Of a stretch of DNA of 64,000 bases, positions 9,322 through 18,457 are shown in pieces. The notes under the pieces are model-generated. The model was not told where the DNA came from and did not search any database. It saw nothing but the letters and a program-made list of their open reading frames with translations. This DNA is from Patescibacteria group bacterium UBA3466. Lineage in GTDB: Bacteria > Patescibacteriota > Minisyncoccia > Phycocordibacterales > UBA918. A program made the position numbers and the translations under genes. The stretch spans positions 161,722 through 225,721 of the forward strand of contig DFRJ01000001.1 of assembly GCA_002378195.1 (NCBI GenBank), given 5' to 3'. The first letter of the stretch is position 1. Each line of letters opens with the position of its first letter.

Positions 9322-10737
9322 TTAGTTCATCTGTTCTTTCTCTTGTAAAAAGACCTCCTTCGCTTTCTTGTAGGTTTCCATCGTGCGGTGGTAGCTCATC
9401 TTTTGGTCGACGAGTGGGGCAGGGTAATCAGGAGCGAGTGTGCTGAAGTTTTGAGTTTTGCCATCAGTGAGAAGTGAGGCGTCTACCTCTGACAGTTCAG
9501 GAATCCATTTCTTAATATACTCAGCATCTTTATCGTAGTTTACTGCCTGTGTGTACGGGTTAAAGATTCTTAGTGGACGCGGGTCAGCGCCCGTTGACGC
9601 GCTCCATTGCCAGCCACCATTATTTTGACAGGGATCATAATCAATTAATTTTTGGGCAAAATATTTTTCACCCCACTGCCAATTGATAAGGAGATTTTTG
9701 GTAAGGTAGGAGGCAACCACCATACGTGAACGATTATGCATCCAGCCGGTTTTATTTAGCTCGCGCATACCAGCGTCGACCATCGGCACACCGGTTTTGC
9801 CTTCACACCAAGCTTCAAACTGTTCCTCGTCATTAATCCACTCGAGGTGCTTGGCCCACGGCAGGAAAGAGTTTTTGAATACCTGAGGGAAGTGATAAGT
9901 GATATAGAAATAAAAGTCGCGCCAGTATAGTTCTGAAATAAAATGACAACCGATGCCCGAGTGTTCTTTAGCAGTATGGAAACTTTCGCGAATCGAAATT
10001 GTGCCAAATTTATGATGAGCGGATAGTTTCGAGGTGCCGTTGTCGGCCGGGAGGTTGCGTCGATCTTTGTAGTTATTAAGGTACTGGTTTTTATTGAGAA
10101 TCGCGAGACCTTCTTCGCGTCCACCCTGAATCACGTAGTCTTCATTTTTAGGAAGGAGATAGTCTTCCAGTGCCACTAGTTCGGTCTTAAGTGCACTACT
10201 AAAATAATTATCAAAATTATTTTTGCGTGGTTTAGGTACTTCATTTTGAATTGCGTTCTTCATGAACGGAGTGTAGACGGTGTAGACCTTGTCCTGACCG
10301 GTGCGAATAGTTTCGATTGGACTGAGCGCCACATCATCAAGCCTGAAAAGGGGTACTTCCACTGCTTTACACACATCATTAATTTCGCCATCACGTTTTC
10401 GAGAGAAGGGAGTGTAGTCCTTGTTTACATACACAGCCTCCACCTGGTCGTTTTCGATGAGTGATTTTACGACTAATTCAGGCTGACCATGAGCGACGTG
10501 TAATTGCGAGCCACGGTTTTTGAGTGCTTCATCAAGTTCGGCGAGGGAGTTAAGCATGAAGTAGAAAGCGGGGGAGCTAAAAAACTCATTCTCTTTCTTA
10601 TTAATTTGTCGGTCATCAAATATAAATAAAGGCACCACTTCTTCCGAGTTTTCCAAGGCAGCTAACAAGCCGAGGTTGTCTTCCAGTCGCAGATCTCGCC
10701 TGAAAATAAAAACCGATCTTTTATAGGTTTTATCCAT
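9322..10737 (-). CDS. phr: Deoxyribodipyrimidine (CPD) photolyase
   Basis: FRRDLRLEDN, TSKLS, WCEGKTGVPMVDAGMREL, GWMHNRSRM, NNGGWQWSAS. Confidence 0.95.
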   Translation of the reverse strand: MDKTYKRSVFIFRRDLRLEDNLGLLAALENSEEVVPLFIFDDRQINKKENEFFSSPAFYFMLNSLAELDEALKNRGSQLHVAHGQPELVVKSLIENDQVEAVYVNKDYTPFSRKRDGEINDVCKAVEVPLFRLDDVALSPIETIRTGQDKVYTVYTPFMKNAIQNEVPKPRKNNFDNYFSSALKTELVALEDYLLPKNEDYVIQGGREEGLAILNKNQYLNNYKDRRNLPADNGTSKLSAHHKFGTISIRESFHTAKEHSGIGCHFISELYWRDFYFYITYHFPQVFKNSFLPWAKHLEWINDEEQFEAWCEGKTGVPMVDAGMRELNKTGWMHNRSRMVVASYLTKNLLINWQWGEKYFAQKLIDYDPCQNNGGWQWSASTGADPRPLRIFNPYTQAVNYDKDAEYIKKWIPELSEVDASLLTDGKTQNFSTLAPDYPAPLVDQKMSYHRTMETYKKAKEVFLQEKEQMN

Positions 10738-10770
10738 AAGTATTTAGTATAGTCAAAACCTGCTGTTTAG

Positions 10771-12015
10771 CTAGTTCATATCCAGAATCAACCCGGCCCA
10801 GGTGAAGCGGTCGGCGCCCATACCTTGGCCGGTTTCAGGATGGTAGTACTCACGCATGCCAGACTTTCGGATTAGTTCTTCAGTAGAGGTTTTTAGTTTA
10901 GCCGCTTCCTCGTTAAAACCGTATCGCTTTAATCCTTGGTAAACACACCAATTGACCACCATCCAGATTGGCCCGCGCCAATGCGGGTGCTGCCACGGTT
11001 GACCAAAGTCTGGTTCGGTGGGGGCGTAGGCTTCATCGCTCTGACTAACGGTCGGGATTGAAAATGGGGTAGAGAAGTGACGGGGAGAATTAAAATATTT
11101 ATCGATTAACTCAGACGCTTCTTCTGGTGAGTATAATCCAGCGAATAAGGGGGCAAAATGAGCCCAAGTATCTACTTCAATGAGTGGTTGGCTGGGTCCC
11201 ATAGCGCTCAAAAATACTCCGTCACTAAAACAGTAGCGCCGCAAATCCTCGGCAGTTTGATCGGCTTGCTGAAGCAGCTGATCAGATTTTGTCTGATCTC
11301 CCAAAATTTCAGCTATCCGACTTAAGGAGCGGACGCTCTCTAGGGTGAAAATATTGAATGGCACGTCTTCGACCCAGAAGTGTTCGTGTGTACCCTGATT
11401 AGCCTTAAACGCATTTTGCTTATGCACGTCAAATAAGGCAAACCGCTTTTTTTGATTTTCCTCTACATCGTGTATTGGTGGCAAGTCGAGCGCGATATCA
11501 AAACGCGGTGAGTTATCCTCGCCCGATTCGTCGGGGTTGATGATGCCGTAAATATTTCGGTTGGGAAGTTGGCGCTCACGCGCTAGGTATTCGTGCCACT
11601 TCACCAGTTTGGGGAAAATGCGCTGCAGCCAATCAGTATTACTGGTCTTTTCAAAAATTCTTAAAGCAGTGTATGCAATGACCGGCGGCTGGATGAGGGT
11701 GGTAGTGTTAGTGTCGACGCCCCAGTCAACCGGGTACACATCGTGGTCACGCTCCCAGTAGATCACGTGAGGTACCATGCCGTTTTCCCACTGTTTGGTT
11801 AGCAAGGTTTCGATTTCTTTTTCTGCCAGTTCTGGCTGGTAGTAGCTATATATGAGAGCATGCCAACAAGAGTCCCAGAGCCATTGGTAGGGGTAGGCGC
11901 GGTCGGAAGGCACGGTGTAGAAATGTCCGCCAGACTTACGCTGGTTGTTGGCCATGGTTGATTTGATAAGGGGCAAGAACTCACTTTCCATGGTCTCATT
12001 ATAGCGGTCAATCAT
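10771..12015 (-). CDS. GH63/MGH1-like glycoside hydrolase (glucosylglycerate or trehalase-like)
   Basis: YPYQWLWDS, QPPV, ESGEDNSPRFD, WRGPIW, EYYHPETGQGMG..FTW. Confidence 0.85.
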   Translation of the reverse strand: MIDRYNETMESEFLPLIKSTMANNQRKSGGHFYTVPSDRAYPYQWLWDSCWHALIYSYYQPELAEKEIETLLTKQWENGMVPHVIYWERDHDVYPVDWGVDTNTTTLIQPPVIAYTALRIFEKTSNTDWLQRIFPKLVKWHEYLARERQLPNRNIYGIINPDESGEDNSPRFDIALDLPPIHDVEENQKKRFALFDVHKQNAFKANQGTHEHFWVEDVPFNIFTLESVRSLSRIAEILGDQTKSDQLLQQADQTAEDLRRYCFSDGVFLSAMGPSQPLIEVDTWAHFAPLFAGLYSPEEASELIDKYFNSPRHFSTPFSIPTVSQSDEAYAPTEPDFGQPWQHPHWRGPIWMVVNWCVYQGLKRYGFNEEAAKLKTSTEELIRKSGMREYYHPETGQGMGADRFTWAGLILDMN

Positions 12016-12027
12016 CGCCGTCGCTTA

Positions 12028-13464
12028 TTAATCACTGGATAAATAATCTTTGGCCTGACTTAAATGCGTGCGCTTTTTTTCTTCAGTCATTTTTTCTAAT
12101 AACCTAGGCATCATCGAGAGCCGGTGATTTGATTTGAAAAAATCTAAATGTTCATTAATAAAATTCCAGTAGAGGGCCGTCCAGGTTTCCTCCCAGTCAC
12201 CCTTGGGGAAATCAGACATTTTCTTTAAGTAGTTGCTGCCGGAGATGTATGGTTTGGTGGCAAAGCTACCGCCATCAGCAAATTGGCTCATGCCGTAGAC
12301 ATTGGGCACCATCACCCAGTCGTAGGCATCAACATACATACCCATAAACCAGCGGTAGACTTCATCGGGATGTATTTGACTCAGGAGCATAAAATTTCCC
12401 ATGACCATAAGTCGTTCTATGTGGTGGGTATACCCAAATTTTAAAGCGGTATTTATCACCTGGTCGACTGGCATGATGCCGGTCTTGCCTGACCAGTGAC
12501 TATCCTGCAGTTTTCGTGTATGTGCAAAAAAGTTTTGGTTACGCATGACGTTACCATCAACTTCGTAGCTAGCTCGTATGAATTCTCGCCAACCTAAAAT
12601 CTGTCGAACAAAACCTTCTATTGAATTGAAGGGTATTTTGTTATCTTCAGCATAATTGATCGCTGTCTTTAAAACGGAGTCGGGTTCTAGCAGCCCCACA
12701 TTAATAAGAGGGGATAAGGCTGAGTGAAAAAGCCGAGTACCTTTGGTGGTCATAGCATCTTCGTAGGTGCCGAAGTGGTGGAAGCGGAGGCGGAAAAATT
12801 CCTGGAGGAATTTTTCCGCCTCCGACCTCGTATAAGGCAGCCAGCACCCCGCTTCACCATAAATTTCTCCTTCAATTTCAGCGCTCCACTCAATCGCCGC
12901 TTTTACCTCATTGTTAGATATAAACTCTATATCTGTTGGCCGGTCAATGTCCCGCGGCAGTTTTTTGCGATTATCATCATCAAAACTCCATTTGCCTCCC
13001 GCCGGTTCACCTCGATCGTCTATCAAAATATTTTTATCAATTCGCAGCTGTTTATAGAAACTAGCCATAAATTTACGACTCGACACAAACCGGTGCATTG
13101 CCTCGGCTTTTGTTAATACAAACAAGGGTGAGTCGTACCAGACGCGCTCAATATTTAGTTGGGCAATTTTTCTCTCGAGGTAGTTGTCTGTGGTGTCGAC
13201 GACATGAATTTGTTCTATCTGGTCGCGGTTCAGGATTTCTCCCAAGTCATTTCGGACAGACACTCTAGTTACTTGATAGCCAGCTTGCTCTAACTCAGCC
13301 TGATAAACATCCATAGTTAGTTTGTGGAAGATTAATTTCTGGCGGTGGATTGGATTGTGGGTAAGGATTAGTGGCTCTTCAACTAAATAAATTGGCCGCC
13401 CCAGCGAGACGGCCGGCGAAGTCTCAAATAATTGGTGAGGGTAGATGATAGTGGCTTCATTCAT
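12028..13464 (-). CDS. Bacterial (6-4) photolyase / cryptochrome of the PhrB/CryPro clade
   Basis: YPHQLF, GGKWSFDDDNRK, EGFVRQILGWREF, HHIERLMV, DAYDWVMVPNVYGMSQFADGG. Confidence 0.92.
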   Translation of the reverse strand: MNEATIIYPHQLFETSPAVSLGRPIYLVEEPLILTHNPIHRQKLIFHKLTMDVYQAELEQAGYQVTRVSVRNDLGEILNRDQIEQIHVVDTTDNYLERKIAQLNIERVWYDSPLFVLTKAEAMHRFVSSRKFMASFYKQLRIDKNILIDDRGEPAGGKWSFDDDNRKKLPRDIDRPTDIEFISNNEVKAAIEWSAEIEGEIYGEAGCWLPYTRSEAEKFLQEFFRLRFHHFGTYEDAMTTKGTRLFHSALSPLINVGLLEPDSVLKTAINYAEDNKIPFNSIEGFVRQILGWREFIRASYEVDGNVMRNQNFFAHTRKLQDSHWSGKTGIMPVDQVINTALKFGYTHHIERLMVMGNFMLLSQIHPDEVYRWFMGMYVDAYDWVMVPNVYGMSQFADGGSFATKPYISGSNYLKKMSDFPKGDWEETWTALYWNFINEHLDFFKSNHRLSMMPRLLEKMTEEKKRTHLSQAKDYLSSD

Positions 13465-13513
13465 ATTATGTTTGTGTTAGACGATGTTACCACGATCTAA
13501 TTGCAGAGCGTGT

Positions 13514-14077
13514 CTAATCGCAAACTCCGGCTGCCCAGAGGCCGAGTTGATTAGATTTCGCATATTGTTCAGCGGCTTGGAAGTCAGCTTGGTACTGGTA
13601 TGGAGTTTTAAAAGTGTATTCATAGCCAAAACCATTTCTGATCATCTTCTCAGCAAAGTTTTCGCCTGAGGTTAAAAAGATGTAACCAAGCAACCGGTCG
13701 TATTGATCACGCTTGGCTTGACTTGGGTCATGAGTGAAAGTGACTGTCTGATTAGTTAAAATTCTTCTGGCTTCTTCGGTTGCCTCTTGGCCAAAACACT
13801 CTTCTTTTCGATACGGACTGTCAGTCTCGGGGGTGTTGAGGCCCACCAAGCGTACGCTTTCGATAGTGTCGTCTATGTTTAGCCGGATCGTGTCCCCATC
13901 TATGATGTCTACCACTTGGTATTGATTGTGAGGAGAGGAGGTCGCTGCCGGTTCCTCTCGATCGAGGTTTTTGTTGACCCCGGTTTCAGCCGGCACAAAC
14001 TCTGACCAAAGCATCAGGCCAGTTATGATCAAAATGAGAGGAAGGATTAATTTCATTTTGATTATTCTTTCGGACAA
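13514..14077 (-). CDS. Thermonuclease (SNase) family protein; start probably at the second Met (14056)
   Basis: IIDGDTI, VRLVGLNTPE, DQYDRLLGY, GLW; N-terminal TM helix. Confidence 0.92.
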   Translation of the reverse strand: MSERIIKMKLILPLILIITGLMLWSEFVPAETGVNKNLDREEPAATSSPHNQYQVVDIIDGDTIRLNIDDTIESVRLVGLNTPETDSPYRKEECFGQEATEEARRILTNQTVTFTHDPSQAKRDQYDRLLGYIFLTSGENFAEKMIRNGFGYEYTFKTPYQYQADFQAAEQYAKSNQLGLWAAGVCD

Positions 14078-14478
14078 GCCAAATCTTCTTCACTAAATAC
14101 GCCGCTGGGGCAGACGTCGTAAATAGCAGTTGGTTTTAGTACCAGCAAACCCTTGGTCACCCGTTCGGGATTTTGAGTTTCGACCCAGGCTGCCGCCTCT
14201 TCAAACTCTGCTCCAGCACTAAGATAGGTAACCTCGGCTTTTATCTGGACACCGGTCATATCGGTCCAAGCGGCTAAAGCTACTTGCCCGTCAGCTGCCA
14301 GATTATTCTTGGTTTTATTCATGAAAAAATCGAAGAGCCAGATTGAATCTGAATTGACTCTAATCATTGAAACCGGCACCACGTTTATTCCTTCTGGCCC
14401 ATTGGTGGCCAAGGCTTTGGCGCTGGCATTTTCTAAGAGGGATTTGATTGTAGTTGAAAGTGACACGATAAAATACAC
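14062..14478 (-). CDS. Pyridoxamine 5'-phosphate oxidase-like FMN-binding protein
   Basis: ALAT..G.NVVP, DFFMNKTKNNL, GVQIK split-barrel pattern. Confidence 0.75.
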   Translation of the reverse strand: MYFIVSLSTTIKSLLENASAKALATNGPEGINVVPVSMIRVNSDSIWLFDFFMNKTKNNLAADGQVALAAWTDMTGVQIKAEVTYLSAGAEFEEAAAWVETQNPERVTKGLLVLKPTAIYDVCPSGVFSEEDLACPKE

Positions 14479-14516
14479 TTAGATTGGTATTCTTCCATTA
14501 TACTCCGCTTCATCTT

Positions 14517-14552
14517 TGTTACGTAGCATGTTACGTAACATGCTACGTAGCA
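14517..14552. repeat. 3 x 12-bp tandem repeat forming a perfect 30-bp palindrome
   Basis: tgttacgtagca tgttacgtaaca tgctacgtagca. Confidence 0.85.
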
Positions 14553-14674
14553 AGTACCTAAACTGAAACTATTGGAACATCAGAAACATCAATTGTTCCT
14601 TTATATAAAACATGAGGTATACCAGCATAAAGAAGTGGCTTTTTCTTTTCCGTTATAGACTATAATAACCAGTA

Positions 14675-15190
14675 ATGAATCAAGAAATATTTAACGGAAA
14701 GGTTGTTCGGTTGATGATTGAACCAAAAGAAGTTAATGGTAAAACTATAGATTTTGAAAAAGTTTATTTACCGGGTTCGGTGCATATTTTTCCGATAACA
14801 GATGAGGGTAAGATTCGTCTGGTTAGAGAGAGGAGACATGAGCAGGATGGGAAAGTGAAAGACAAAGTAACGGCTGGCATTATCGAGAAAGATGAAGATT
14901 CTCTGGTGGCTGCAAAGCGGGAGCTTAAAGAAGAGCTGGGGTTAATAGCCGAAGAGTGGAAAGAGGTTTATGTGGCGGAGCAGAAAGGAGCTGTTAACGA
15001 TAGTCGCGTATATTATTCAGCAAAAAATCTAATTCAAGTGGATTTAGAGCATGATGAAGGGGAAGATATACTGGGTTTTGTAGACTACACCTTGGAAGAA
15101 CTTTTTCAGAAAGTTGTAGATGGAGATTTTGGTTCGTCGCCAACTGCTGTTGTGATTGCTAGGTTGTGTCATCAAGGATTGGAGCTTTAG
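14675..15190 (+). CDS. NUDIX hydrolase (ADP-ribose pyrophosphatase-like)
   Basis: AGIIEKDEDSLVAAKRELKEELG. Confidence 0.88.
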   Translation: MNQEIFNGKVVRLMIEPKEVNGKTIDFEKVYLPGSVHIFPITDEGKIRLVRERRHEQDGKVKDKVTAGIIEKDEDSLVAAKRELKEELGLIAEEWKEVYVAEQKGAVNDSRVYYSAKNLIQVDLEHDEGEDILGFVDYTLEELFQKVVDGDFGSSPTAVVIARLCHQGLEL

Positions 15191-15206
15191 TCTGGTTTGT
15201 TTAAGT

Positions 15207-15947
15207 ACAGTAGGCACTAAAAAAATACCCCAAAATAAGTTTTTAAATATCGCTTCTTGGAATGGGCACGTACTGTCCATGCGACGTAACTAGTTTGAGG
15301 AAATTTGTGCGGATTAGTTGGGGAAGGTGAGGAGACATTTACTGAATAATATTGGCATATAAATATATTTGTGGCATTATTCCTAATAGGATTCAACTGT
15401 ACATGGAGGTGGGCTATGCCCAAGACATTTCAACTCATAGATCTGATGTCCGCTAACGGCGGCGACGGCGAAGTTCACGATAATTTCAAGGACGCTCTGC
15501 GCGATCTCTATGATCGCATAAATCATGTCATGGATAATGGAACGATGACGAGTCAGTGGCTTGAAACCAGTGTCTGGATTTCCGTTGAAGATATTGATCC
15601 TGATACTGATACTGATCTGCGTGGTCCGATTTACTTCTACGATGCGCGCGACATCGCAATCAAGTATGGCTTGGTCGACGGTGGCGCCAAGGTAGTAAAC
15701 GAAGGCGGGCATGAGCCTGATGGTGACATGTTGGTTGAGGTAGCACTGCTGTGTACTATCGACGGTGGCGCCGAACAATACATCAAAGGTCTTGATAGGG
15801 TAGCGTAGCACCCGCCAGCACTGAACGAATTGGCTCGCCAGTCGTAGTGTTGGCGGGTCTTTTCTTTTGATTCCACTACTGACAGTAGGCACTAAAAACA
15901 CCATCTAAATATGTTGCTAAATATAGCTTCTTAAAATGGGCGGCTAC
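15207..15947. repeat. Diverged direct repeats of about 60 bp (15207-15267 and 15882-15941) bracketing an orphan gene
   Basis: acagtaggcactaaaaa...taaatat.gcttctt..aatgggc occurs twice. Confidence 0.75.
15416..15808 (+). CDS. Hypothetical acidic protein (orphan)
   Basis: SD GGAGGTG before ATG at 15416 (MPKTFQ); downstream hairpin acccgccagcact/agtgttggcgggt. Confidence 0.65.
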   Translation: MPKTFQLIDLMSANGGDGEVHDNFKDALRDLYDRINHVMDNGTMTSQWLETSVWISVEDIDPDTDTDLRGPIYFYDARDIAIKYGLVDGGAKVVNEGGHEPDGDMLVEVALLCTIDGGAEQYIKGLDRVA

Positions 15948-16153
15948 CGGGAATCGTCCTGACGGTCACCAAGTTATTTTGCTTCGTTTCCTCACAAAAT
16001 AACTGGTGCCGCGGGACACACCTCGCTTGTTCGTCATCCTTCCTCACACCGCTCCGGCGTTCGATTCCTGACGCGAGCAAAGCAGTTTGCTCGCTGTATC
16101 CGCCGTCACCAAATCAAAACACTCCCAAAAGGGAGTGTTTTGATTTGCCGATG
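15937..16153 (-). mobile_element. tRNA-His 3'-associated structured element
   Basis: tgggcggctaccgggaatcg (15937-15956) versus tRNA tgggcgactaccgggaatcg, 1 mismatch; AGCAAACTGCTTTGCT and CGAACAAGCGAG shared with the Leu element. Confidence 0.62.
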
Positions 16154-16226
16154 GGCGACTACCGGGAATCGAACCCGAACTGCCGGTACCACAAACCGGT
16201 GCACTAACCGTTATACTATAGTCGCC
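16154..16226 (-). tRNA. tRNA-His(GTG)
   Basis: G-1 plus GCGACTA acceptor, CCGGT-TTGTGGT-ACCGG anticodon arm, GGTTCGATTCC. Confidence 0.95.
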
Positions 16227-16427
16227 ATGTTGTAGGGTGGGATTTTGCTGACGGCAGAGCCGGCAAAATTCCACCCGAGTGGCTACATTTATACCTATTT
16301 TTACTGTAAATGTCGAGAGCTTCATTCGAATTTAACGATACACTAATGTATATTTAGTTTATGGACAAAACATTTCTCATGGTGTCATTATTTTTCACCT
16401 TTATTATTGGTTTGAGTATCGGCTTTT

Positions 16428-17558
16428 ATGGGGCGAGTATCGTTCTGTAGGGCTCTGGTAATGCTGGTACTGTTGGTGCCAGTTTGGGTGTCCGCTCAAA
16501 ACCTGCACCAAGACGTGCAAGAACGCTTAGCGGCTGAAGTGATTGAAATTGTAGATGAGCGAGAGCGAGAGATCACCGGTACCGATGCTATTGCGACCGT
16601 ACAAGAAGTGCGGGCGGTACTGCATTCGGGGGACCGGGCAGGGGAAGTGGTGCGCTTTGAAAGTGAGGCGGTTAGCCTCGAAAAAGGTGACGATATTTTT
16701 CTTAATCGAGTCGTTACTATAAATGGTGACGAGTATATTACCTTTGCCGATTTTGAGCGCCGGCCAGTCATATATATGTTGGCCGGACTGTTTGTGATGT
16801 TGCTGGTCGGCCTGTCTGGGTGGGGTGGTCTCAGAGCGCTGGCTTCTTTGGCGGGTAGTATTGCTGCCATAGTCTTTCTACTTATCCCTGCGCTCTTGGC
16901 CGGATACAACCCAGCTCTTACCAGTGTCCTGATTGCGGCCGTGATCATGGTATTTGTCTTGTTTGGTACACATGGGGTGAATCCGCGCACTATTATTGCT
17001 TTTGTAGGGACATATAGCGCGATTGCTGTTACCGGATTGATCGCCTTTTTGTCAGTGGATATGATGCGGCTAACTGGTTTTGGGAACGATGCTTCAGTTT
17101 ATTTAAATTTTGCCACCAATGGTCAGCTTGATTTGTCTGGGCTACTACTCGGCAGTGTGATTATCGGTATTTTGGGAGTGTTAGATGACGTGTCGATCAC
17201 GCAAGCCTCGGTGGTACAAGAGCTAAAACGCGCCAACCGCAACTTTAAATTCAACGAATTATATAAAAGAGCAATCGTGGTCGGGAAGGATCATATTGGT
17301 TCTTTAGTGAATACGCTCGCCTTGGCTTATGTGGGGGTGTCACTGCCACTTATATTATTGTATGCCAAGACTGACTCTAGTTTGATTACTAATCTCAACC
17401 AAGAGGTGGTGGCGGCAGAGATTGTGCGGATTATCATCGGCAGTATCGGGCTTTTGTTGGCTGTACCCGCTACCACCGCAGCGGCGGCTTGGTGGTTTAA
17501 TGATCGAGAGGTTGACGGAGACGTTGAAGCGGGGCATTGTCACCATCACCACCACTAA
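16428..17558 (+). CDS. YibE/F family membrane protein with a His-rich tail
   Basis: Multiple TM helices, GVLDDVSITQAS, VGKDHIGSLVNTLALAYVG; ends HCHHHHH. Confidence 0.9.
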   Translation: MGRVSFCRALVMLVLLVPVWVSAQNLHQDVQERLAAEVIEIVDEREREITGTDAIATVQEVRAVLHSGDRAGEVVRFESEAVSLEKGDDIFLNRVVTINGDEYITFADFERRPVIYMLAGLFVMLLVGLSGWGGLRALASLAGSIAAIVFLLIPALLAGYNPALTSVLIAAVIMVFVLFGTHGVNPRTIIAFVGTYSAIAVTGLIAFLSVDMMRLTGFGNDASVYLNFATNGQLDLSGLLLGSVIIGILGVLDDVSITQASVVQELKRANRNFKFNELYKRAIVVGKDHIGSLVNTLALAYVGVSLPLILLYAKTDSSLITNLNQEVVAAEIVRIIIGSIGLLLAVPATTAAAAWWFNDREVDGDVEAGHCHHHHH

Positions 17559-17602
17559 TAAGCTATACTTTCAGTGAATTTATTATTTTATAGTTTTTAA
17601 GT

Positions 17603-17998
17603 ATGAAGTCATTTGTTGAAGAATTTAAGGCTTTTGCCATGAAAGGAAACGTTATCGATCTAGCGGTTGCGGTTGTGATCGGTGCGGCGTTTGGCAAGAT
17701 CGTGTCGGCTTTGGTAGACAACATCATCATGCCACTTATCGGTATATTGATGGGAGGAGTAAATTTCTCTGGTCTGACTGCCAATGTCGGGGAAGCAGTG
17801 ATTACCTACGGGGTATTTATTCAAGCGGTGATCGATTTCCTAATTGTAGCGCTAGTTATCTTTATGATTATTAAGGGAATCAATAAAGCGCAAGATGCAG
17901 TTGATGGAGATGATGAAGAAGAAGCACCCGCTGCTCCTCCAGAGCCGTCAGAAGAAGTGAAGTTACTGCGTGAAATCCGCGATGGGTTAAGAAGATAA
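17603..17998 (+). CDS. mscL: Large-conductance mechanosensitive channel
   Basis: [24 protein letters not shown]...LLREIRD. Confidence 0.97.
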   Translation: MKSFVEEFKAFAMKGNVIDLAVAVVIGAAFGKIVSALVDNIIMPLIGILMGGVNFSGLTANVGEAVITYGVFIQAVIDFLIVALVIFMIIKGINKAQDAVDGDDEEEAPAAPPEPSEEVKLLREIRDGLRR

Positions 17999-18008
17999 GT
18001 TCTTCACA

Positions 18009-18037
18009 CAAAAAACACCCCGTCGGGGTGTTTTTTG
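18009..18037 (+). terminator. Intrinsic terminator after mscL
   Basis: caaaaaacacccc-gtc-ggggtgttttttg. Confidence 0.8.
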
Positions 18038-18135
18038 TTGCGCTGTCAAGAAAAACACGTACAAGAATATAAAAATAAAACCTTGTATATATTGGCAAAA
18101 TCTAAAATTTGAATCGTAATTTCGCTACTCAGTAG

Positions 18136-18144
18136 TTATCCACA
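18136..18144 (+). promoter_or_regulatory. DnaA box upstream of the nrd genes
   Basis: Exact TTATCCACA consensus in the nrd upstream region. Confidence 0.6.
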
Positions 18145-18457
18145 GGTTTGAGGGCACTAAGTACAGGATATCCTTATTTATAGAGCTGCACTCGATCACG
18201 CCTAATTCTGGAAAATGGTAGTATTTATTTATCACACGAAGTAGTCGTGTGTCGGGGGTATGACACACGCTCCTCTCTCTTCAGAAGAGCAGAGCATCAT
18301 TTTTTTAAATGGTGGTGTGTTTGTCGCGGCCTAGTTTGCGCCTAGACCTAATTGCACTAAAATAGTTTCACCAATCTAATTTAGTATCTTCCACCAATTA
18401 CGTCTGCACGCAAGCACCAAAGTCATTTACTCATAATCCAATTATTTAGAGACTTAC

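Noticed and set aside
2926-16226. tRNA introns or split tRNAs
   Set aside because: All three tRNAs are complete uninterrupted cloverleaves; the extra fragments lie outside them
18055-18185. NrdR boxes upstream of nrdB
   Set aside because: Only weak AT-rich partial matches, with no convincing tandem pair
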